Position numbers and translations under genes: made by a program
Part shown: positions 57,069 to 64,000 of the stretch, one piece after another
Layout of the letters: each line of letters begins with the position of its first letter
How positions within the stretch are numbered: the stretch's first letter is position 1
Source of the DNA: a bacterium
GTDB taxonomy: Bacteria; UBA8248; JACPRG01; G963555815
Assembly (NCBI GenBank): GCA_965261595.1
Contig: CBDHDG010000005.1
Span: forward strand, 16,977 to 80,976
Reading direction: 5' to 3'
Length of the DNA stretch: 64,000 nucleotides
Notes under the pieces: generated by a model
The model's input: only the letters and a program-made list of their open reading frames with translations
Told to the model about the DNA's origin: nothing
Databases searched by the model: none

Positions 57069-57297
57069 CGCGACACCCCTTTCTCCATGAATCATGGATC
57101 AATCGAGTGTCCAACAAAACCCTAGAGCGGGGGATCACCCGTTAACTACGAAAGGAGACAACAACGCACACCCTGAAAACCCAAGTGCTTAACTCTCCAT
57201 GAAACCGGGGTAAGTCCATCCCGAATTATGTTCCTTGTTTGAATGGCGACCACCGGTATCCCCGTAACAAACAATGTCATTTTTCGATCCTTATATT

Positions 57298-58964
57298 CCG
57301 CATTTCCCATATGGATCATAAGTTTTGTCGGACCGAATGCCATTTTCTCGTGTAAGATCAAGGTGTTGGCCTCTCCCTGCCATCATCTTGCGAGGGGACC
57401 CAATGGGTGAAGCGAAGAAGGGGGCTTTGAAGATCCGTTTTGACCGTCGGCTGAGGCTTGAGTTTCACGGAACCAGAATCACTTCGGATGCGGGATTGCT
57501 GGCCTGCCGGGAGCTGGATGATGCGCTGGGTTTGACGGTGAGAGCGCCAGTGCAATTGCAAGAGATCCGTCATGGCCGGAACATCCAGCATGAGTTGGCG
57601 CCGCTATTGCGCCAGTCGGTCTATAGCCGCTTGGCAGGGTATGAAGACACCAACGATGCCGAGCGGTTGGCCCAGGACCCCGCGATGCAAGCCGTGGTCG
57701 GCCGCCGAGCGCTTGAGAAGCAGGCGGCGGGCGCCAACACCCTGAGCCGGTTCGAGACCGAGGTTCTCACCAGGGAGGAGAATCTCAAGGGGCCGGAGCG
57801 AGCTGAACCGGGAGTGGGTGGACCGGGCCATGGCACACTCACCCCATCAGCGAATCATCCTGGACATGGACAGCTCGGAAAGCCCCGTCCATGGGGAGCA
57901 GGAAGGTACGGCCTACAACGGCCACTTTCGTTGCACCTGTTATCACCCTCTTTTTTGCTTTAACCAGTTCGGGGACTGCGAAGGGGCGATGTTGCGCCCC
58001 GGCAACGTGCACAGCGCCGATGGCTGGCGCGAGTTGCTTTCGCCCATCGCGGCCCGGTATGAGCGGGCGGGTGTTCGCCGTTACTTCCGAGCCGATGCCG
58101 CCTTTGCGCGCCCGGAGGTTTATGAGTGCCTGGAAGCGCACAGCTTCCATTACGCCATCCGCCTTCCCGCCAACGACGTGGTGCAGCGAGAGATCGACTT
58201 CCTCCTCACCCGCCCGGTCGGTCGCCCGCCCAAGAGACCCATCATCTTCTATTACGACTTCCGGTATCAGGCTGGAAGCTGGGACCGTTCCCGGCGGGTC
58301 GTGGCGAAGGTGGAATGGCACTCAGGCGAACTCTTCCCTCGCGTCGGATTCATTGTCACGAACCTGACGGCTCGACCCGAGGGGGTCGTGCACTTCTACA
58401 ACCAGCGAGGCACAGCCGAGCAATGGATCAAGGAAGGCAAGTACGCCCTGAACTGGACACGCCTTTCCTGTCACCGGTTCGTGTGCAACCAGGTGCGGCT
58501 CCTTCTCTTCGTCCTGGCGTACAACCTGGGCAATTTCCTGCGCAGGCTAGCCTTGCCCAGGGGGCTCAAGCACTGGTCGCTGCGAAGCCTCCAGGTCAAG
58601 CTCATCAAAATGGGCGGGAGGATTGTGCGGCACGCCCGGCAGATCATCTTTCAATTGGCCGAAGTAGCGGTATCCAGGGAAGAGTTCGCCATCATCCTGG
58701 ACCGAATCAACCGATTACGGCCGGTGCCGGTCTAACCTTGTGCAGAGGGTTCCCGGCAGCATGAGGTGATTGGTTAACGGGTTGAACCGCGAATAAAGGG
58801 GACCGAAGGGCGAGGGTCCGCCTTTTGGGGCAGTCGATGGCCGTCAGCACCTTGTTGCGGAGGGTTGGAAGGCTCTTGACAGACCCATCGGAAGGGGGTC
58901 AACTGGTTTTCATCGGGAAAGGGGACCGGAAACCACCCAAGCAAGTTGATATGGGAAATTCCGG
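57298..58964 (+). mobile_element. IS1380-family element X2 (1667 bp)
   Basis: IRL CCGCATTTCCCATATGGATCAT and IRR ...GATATGGGAAATTCCGG. Inserted in the MMPL gene. No clear TSD. Confidence 0.8.
57403..58735 (+). pseudogene. IS1380-family transposase (X2), frameshifted near 57790
   Basis: [38 protein letters not shown]...EENLKG, then a shift, then ..ELNREWVDRAMAHSPHQRIILDMDSSESPVHGEQEG...FYNQRGTAEQWIKEGK... Confidence 0.8.
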
Positions 58965-58979
58965 TTTGATCACATAATC

Positions 58980-59929
58980 CCGCATTTCCCATATGGATGA
59001 TAATTTTTAACGCCCCGAAGGCCGTTTTCTCGTGTAAAATCAAGGTGTTGGCCTCTCCCTGCCATCATCTTGCGAGGGGACCCGATGGGTGAAGCGAAAA
59101 AGAGGCCGTTGAGGCTCCAATTCGACGGTCGGCTCAGGCTGGAGTTTCACGGAGCAAAGGTTACGAGTGACGCCGGTTTGCTTGCCTATCGTGAACTGGA
59201 TGAGGTGTTGGGGCTGACGAAGGCGGCCGAGGGGTTTCTGTCCGATTCACGGACGGGCGGGAACACCCGGCACAGCCTCACCGCTTTGGTGCGCCAGTCG
59301 GTCTACAGCCGCCTGGCAGGATATAAAGACACCAATGATGCCGAGCGGCTCTGTGTCGATCCCGCCATGCGTCAGGTGGTTGGGGGGCGAGCGAAGTATC
59401 ACACCGCTGCCTCCACCAGCCAGATGAGCCGATTCGAGACGCAGACCCTCACCCGGCCCCTTAACCCCTCAAGGCGCTGAGCGGTCTGCCCGGTGTGTTG
59501 GTGGATCGTGTCCGCAAACGCAAGCCGATTCGCAAGCTGATCCTGGACATGGACAGTTCGGTCAGCCCGACCCACGGTGAGCAGGAAGGCTCTTCCTACA
59601 ACGGCCACTTCGGCTGCACCTGCTATCACCCACTGTTTTGCTTCAACCAGTTTGGCGATCTGGAGCGGGCGCTGTTGCGCAACGGCAAGGTCCACAGCGC
59701 TGATGACTGGTGGTCTGTATTGGAGCCGGTGGTAGCTCGCTACCGGGATGCGAAGGTCTGTCGGTTTTTTCGAGGCGACGCGGCATTTGCCAAGCCGGAG
59801 GTGTACCGATACCTTGAGGCGGAGGGCTACTCCTATGCGATTCGGCTTCCGGCCAACGCCATCTTGTACAGGGACATCGAATGCCTTCTGACCCGGCCGG
59901 TTGGCCGACCGCCCAAAAGGCCCATTATC
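58980..59929 (+). mobile_element. IS1380-family element Y1: 5' 950 bp only, directly abutted by Y2
   Basis: ORFs 59070-59480 and 59495-59950 repeat at +950 (60020-60430, 60445-...). Y1 ends after ...GGCCCATTATC, where the Y2 IRL CCGCATTTCCC begins. Confidence 0.8.
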
Positions 59930-61623
59930 CCGCATTTCCCATATGGATGATAATTTTTAACGCCCCGAAGGCCGTTTTCTCGTGTAAAATCAAGGTGTTG
60001 GCCTCTCCCTGCCATCATCTTGCGAGGGGACCCGATGGGTGAAGCGAAAAAGAGGCCGTTGAGGCTCCAATTCGACGGTCGGCTCAGGCTGGAGTTTCAC
60101 GGAGCAAAGGTTACGAGTGACGCCGGTTTGCTTGCCTATCGTGAACTGGATGAGGTGTTGGGGCTGACGAAGGCGGCCGAGGGGTTTCTGTCCGATTCAC
60201 GGACGGGCGGGAACACCCGGCACAGCCTCACCGCTTTGGTGCGCCAGTCGGTCTACAGCCGCCTGGCAGGATATAAAGACACCAATGATGCCGAGCGGCT
60301 CTGTGTCGATCCCGCCATGCGTCAGGTGGTTGGGGGGCGAGCGAAGTATCACACCGCTGCCTCCACCAGCCAGATGAGCCGATTCGAGACGCAGACCCTC
60401 ACCCGGCCCCTTAACCCCTCAAGGCGCTGAGCGGTCTGCCCGGTGTGTTGGTGGATCGTGTCCGCAAACGCAAGCCGATTCGCAAGCTGATCCTGGACAT
60501 GGACAGTTCGGTCAGCCCGACCCACGGTGAGCAGGAAGGCTCTTCCTACAACGGCCACTTCGGCTGCACCTGCTATCACCCACTGTTTTGCTTCAACCAG
60601 TTTGGCGATCTGGAGCGGGCGCTGTTGCGCAACGGCAAGGTCCACAGCGCTGATGACTGGTGGTCTGTATTGGAGCCGGTGGTAGCTCGCTACCGGGATG
60701 CGAAGGTCTGTCGGTTTTTTCGAGGCGACGCGGCATTTGCCAAGCCGGAGGTGTACCGATACCTTGAGGCGGAGGGCTACTCCTATGCGATTCGGCTTCC
60801 GGCCAACGCCATCTTGTACAGGGACATCGAATGCCTTCTGACCCGGCCGGTTGGCCGACCGCCCAAAAGGCCCATTATCTTCTACCACAGCGTCTCCTAT
60901 CAGGCGGCTAGTTGGGAGAAGCCTCGCCGGGTGGTGGTGGCGGTCGAGTGGCACCAGGGCGAGTTGTTTCCAAGAGTCAGCTTCATCGTGACCAACCTGC
61001 ACTGGCGGGAAGAGAACGTCGTGAGGTTCTACAACCAGCGTGGGACGGCGGAGCAGTGGATCAAGGAGGGCAAGTACGCCCTGAACTGGACGCGCCTGTC
61101 CTGCCACGGCTTTGAAGAGAACCAGGTCCGCTTGCAACTATTTGCCTTGGCGTACAACCTGGCAAACTTCCTGCGGCGGCTGGCGTTGCCCAGAGCGGTG
61201 AAGCACTGGTCGCTGACGACGTTACGCGAGAAGCTGATTAAGATTGGGGCCAAGGTGGTCACCCACGCCCGGCACACCACCTTCCAGATGGCCGAGGTGG
61301 CCGTGCCGCGTCAACTGTTCAGGGCAATCCTTGAACGAATTCGACGGTTGTGGTTACCGCCTCCCGTACCAGATACCGGATGACGGAGCAGATGGCCCGG
61401 AAGCTTAGTGACGTGGTGGAGACGGGGGATCAGTCTGTGCCGAACTCCCCTGAGTGTGCCGGTAGAGCTGGGTTTTCAAGGGATTGCGGCTTTAGGACGG
61501 CCGTTGCCCCTCGATTGAGCAGAGGGTTCTGCAAAGAGACCCTGAATCTGTAGTAAAATGGGGTACTTTGATGACACAGGAGGACCGCAGGATGGCTAAG
61601 AGTGGTCATCTGGGAAATCCCGG
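59930..61623 (+). mobile_element. IS1380-family element Y2 (1694 bp)
   Basis: IRL CCGCATTTCCCATATGGATGA and IRR ...CATCTGGGAAATCCCGG. Confidence 0.8.
60035..61383 (+). pseudogene. IS1380-family transposase (Y2), with a frame break near 60410-60425 shared with Y1
   Basis: ...[17 protein letters not shown] while the next frame reads [32 protein letters not shown].... The same break occurs at 59460-59475. Confidence 0.75.
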
Positions 61624-62231
61624 TTTAAATCAAGACAACTCTTGTATTGACCACCCGTTGCTCTTTAACTCAATTAGAGCCCTCTTTACCGGGGCTGTCA
61701 ACACCATTTCGGGCGCCTGAAACCCTGATCGGAGCGGTATCCGCCATTGGAAAACCATGTCAGCGCCGGCGTGTAAACGGGCTTGACCACCAGGTTTGGA
61801 GTCTTCGTCATTTTGCCCTTGTGTGGACTCCGCTTAGGGTCGCTAGACAGGCACCGGGCATCATCGCTTGATTCTCTCCAAGATAAGGGCAAATGTCTTC
61901 CTGGATACACCGACCTCGGCCAACTGGAAGGTGATGTGGCGGGCGTACCGCACGAGCCGGCCGCCCATTTTGAGGAGCTTAAGCTGAAGGCCGCGTAACG
62001 ACCAGTGCTTGATCCCTCTCGGCAGGCCAGCAATCCCGCATCCGAAGTCATTCTGGTTCCGTGAAACTCAAGCCTCAGCCGACGCTCAAAACGGACCTTC
62101 AACGCCCACTTTTTCGCTTCACCCATTGGATTACCCCGCGAGAGGATGGCTCGGGGAGGCTCATGCATTGATTTTACTCCAGAAAATGTCCTCCGGTCCG
62201 ACAAAAGTTATGATCCATATGGGATATCTGG
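61624..62231 (-). mobile_element. Internally deleted IS1380-family derivative Z (about 0.6 kb, non-autonomous)
   Basis: The IRL-like end is the rc of 62221-62231 (CCAGATATCCC..ATATGGATCAT). The N-terminal 36 codons ([36 protein letters not shown]) join directly to the C-terminal ...IKHWSLRGLQLKLLKMGGRLVRYARHITFQLAEVGVSRKTFALILERIKR*. It abuts Y2 tail-to-tail at CCGG. Confidence 0.65.
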
Positions 62232-62432
62232 GATAATGTTAGCATTATGCGCATTCTGACTCTACCAGGGCCCAAAGGGGAATTGCGTCTCCAACGGTCG
62301 GGGAAGGCCGCTCACTCTCGCTCTCGAGGGGGACGGAAAAGGGAGGATGTCACAATGTACCGAAAGATCATGACCGTTTTGCTGGCTTTAGGTTTTCTGG
62401 GTAAATAAGGGTTTGGGACAAAGGAGATAGTT

Positions 62433-62663
62433 ATGTCGAAGGTACTTTTGAGTCTTGTCCTGCTTGGTGTCGTAGGCCTTACTGGTTGTGCCAGTAAAGC
62501 CGGTCCCTTTGTTACGAACATTAGTAGCGATGGGCGCGGCGGGATTGTCATAGAGAAATGCATGGTGCGCCTGGATCGGACGATCAATACAGTAGAGGCG
62601 TCGGATTGCACCAACACGAGCATCCGATTGACGCGCCCACCAGAAACTGGAAAGCAACCCTAG
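62433..62663 (+). CDS. Small lipoprotein (76 aa)
   Basis: AAAGGAGA lies 5 nt upstream of the ATG. Signal peptide plus lipobox MSKVLLSLVLLGVVGLTGC. Confidence 0.65.
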   Translation: MSKVLLSLVLLGVVGLTGCASKAGPFVTNISSDGRGGIVIEKCMVRLDRTINTVEASDCTNTSIRLTRPPETGKQP

Positions 62664-63150
62664 CCTAGATGTAGGTCCACGGCCAGCTCGTTTTCTGGTT
62701 CGCCGCCAGTTGGTTGAATTTCAGGAAGCGGCCCCTGCGCCCGTTCGTACTTCAAGGGCAACGGCCCCTGCCGCCGCCGGCGCGCCACGTCCCTGAGCAA
62801 GTCCCTGACGGACCGGACAGCCTCAAACGCTTCCCGTTCTTCCTGGTGACGCTCACGCTTCCGCTCACAGGCACCCTCCGTCCCCAGCTCAACCGTCAGG
62901 GTGTCCAAGTCGCGCACCAAGGCCTTGAGCCGCCTACCGTCCCGTTTCACCAGGCCAACAGCCTCGAGGGCCAGGACGTTCTTTCGTTCTGTGTCCCGAC
63001 ACCGCCCCGTAAGACGGGCCAGGGCCGCCAGGCTTCGCACTTCACCCTCATTCAAGAGCGTGTCCCACGTACTTTCAGCACTTCGCGGTAACCTCTCCCG
63101 AAAAGCGTCGTGCCGCCCACACCGCCGAATAGTGGGACAGTCTTGCCTCA
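62660..63150 (-). pseudogene. 3' fragment of an unrelated high-GC gene (wHTH-like plus coiled coil), fused in frame by chance to the MMPL N-terminus
   Basis: ...WDTLLNEGEVRSLAALARLTGRCRDTERKNVLALEAVGLVKRDGRRLKALVRDLDTL...ERHQEEREAF... There is an abrupt GC jump at about 63150. The junction coordinate is approximate. Confidence 0.35.
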
Positions 63151-63847
63151 CGTTTTTTGGGGTATTAGGGGTTGTCTTTGGGGTATATTCCTCAAACTTC
63201 TTCCTTATTAGGCCTAGATCGTGCTGAAGAGAGTCTATGACAAATGGCCGACTACGTACCTCCGCAACGAATATGGTACTTCTTCTATCTTTCGAAAACC
63301 AAACCCCGTCATGTCTCTGCAATTCATTGCCAACGCTCATATTCTTCATCACCTGTAAGAACTCTCCACTTGGATCGTTGGCAAAGTAACGCTTCTGGAG
63401 TATTCCGCGAGATGACGATAACCCCTTAACCTGTCTTTCCAAGGATTCCCGTAACCCCCTCGCAGTAAAGCTCCCTCCTTTAACACCGGGACTGAGGAGA
63501 TAACGATTCCTAAAGAGAAAAGATATGTCGTCTTGGATGAACCCAGCCTCACCGTTGAGGATTTGTACAAACCGACCGCTCGCCATCAGATCCCTAGCCA
63601 TTCTTTTATTCAATCTCGCGAGCGATTCCGCATTATCCTCATTCATTGATACCAACATTGTCCTTGACCCATTACCTTCTCTAAGTAGCAACAATAATAG
63701 CCTGTCTTGAGCGTTCGAACCATTTGGCAGAAATATAGAAAAATCGGTCACTATTTTACCTTTCATCACAACTCCCCATCCAGCTAAACCGATAAAGCCA
63801 AGCCACAATAATATAATAAGCTTTCTTTCTGACCCTCTTTTACTCAT
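63150..63847 (-). pseudogene. N-terminal fragment of an MMPL/RND-superfamily predicted exporter (COG4258-like)
   Basis: MSKRGSERKLIILLWLGFIGLAGWGVV..TDFSIFLP...RTMLVSM...FRNRYLLSP...ANDPSGEF... Low GC. It matches the style of the 53782-54550 fragment. Confidence 0.6.
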
Positions 63848-64000
63848 TACTTAAATTCATTATAGTCCGATCTCCAGTCCTTTCTATGTACTGGAATTCT
63901 CAATTTTCACATTAGCCCCCATGAGAAATATTGTCTTTAAGAAGAGATTCAATCTCCAACTCTTTGGGGGTATGTTTATTTCCCCCAATCAAAAGATCCA

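Larger units (their letters stand above)
55731..57134 (-). mobile_element. IS3-family insertion sequence, copy C (1404 bp), nested in IS3-II
   Basis: 4-bp TSD TCAC at 55727-55730 and 57135-57138. Same orientation as copies A and B. Confidence 0.9.
54920..57176 (+). pseudogene. IS3-II transposase OrfB, copy 2, interrupted by IS3 copy C
   Basis: Reads ...YNPHRRHSSIDNLS up to 55730. After the nested IS it resumes PVNYERRQQRTP*, with the stop at 57174-57176. Confidence 0.85.
54551..57218 (+). mobile_element. IS3-II copy 2, carrying a nested IS3-family copy C
   Basis: 2668 bp, which equals 1260 + 1404 + the 4-bp TSD. 3-bp TSD TCC at 54548-54550 and 57219-57221. Inverted relative to copy 1. Confidence 0.85.

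Noticed and set aside
52522-57218. Reading the inverted IS3-II pair as a functional composite transposon carrying cargo
   Set aside because: The enclosed 769 bp is only an internal fragment of a membrane-protein gene. Copy 2 has its own TSD and in-frame flanks, so the copies inserted independently.
15711-61623. Repeated sequence blocks, checked as a possible CRISPR array or tandem gene amplification
   Set aside because: All long repeats resolve into IS copies with IRs and transposase genes. There is no short repeat-spacer periodicity and no cas genes.
62660-63847. The single 395-aa ORF taken at face value
   Set aside because: It is a chimera of the low-GC MMPL N-terminus and an unrelated high-GC gene tail, joined in frame by chance.

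Overview
GC-rich bacterial DNA (backbone about 62-68 % G+C by eye) made of four blocks. (1) 1-15.7 kb is the transfer and maintenance part of a conjugative element: T4SS coupling-protein tail, a 994-aa TrwC/MOBF-type relaxase-helicase, an RHH protein, DUF2493, a Toprim/primase-like protein, SSB and a Cys-rich protein. It carries a visibly lower-GC, translationally coupled three-gene cargo cassette at 4223-7886 (unknown / PIN-like / ExeA-like AAA+ ATPase). I cannot assign this cassette to any named system, and it is my best candidate for something new. (2) 15.7-36.4 kb is an IS graveyard. It holds wrecked defence-type cargo (a GmrSD-like DUF262+HNH gene cut by two IS, an orphan higA, a low-GC gene pair with Rx4H motifs) and the element's DUF4102-type tyrosine integrase, itself split by an IS1182-like insertion. 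(3) 36.4-47.8 kb is ordinary chromosome: M20 amidohydrolase-pyrR, methylmalonyl-CoA epimerase, cpaE-like, bioB, HdrD-like Fe-S protein, azlCD, mltA, a SAM methyltransferase and tRNA-Phe. (4) 47.8-64 kb starts with a decayed integrase / RHH / iteron / PrimPol-helicase / AlpA satellite-like island beside tRNA-Phe. It continues with nested IS3-family and IS1380-family copies that shred an MMPL-type exporter gene. I count 17 IS-derived segments from 7 families, about 21 kb or one third of the window by my own tally. Several have intact target-site duplications (TSDs) that let the pre-insertion ORFs be rebuilt in frame. I saw no rRNA, no CRISPR array and no phage structural genes. Several conserved genes carry in-frame stops or frameshifts (two in homopolymer runs), so the choice between real genome decay and sequencing error stays open. 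All family assignments come from motif recognition by eye; no database search was run.
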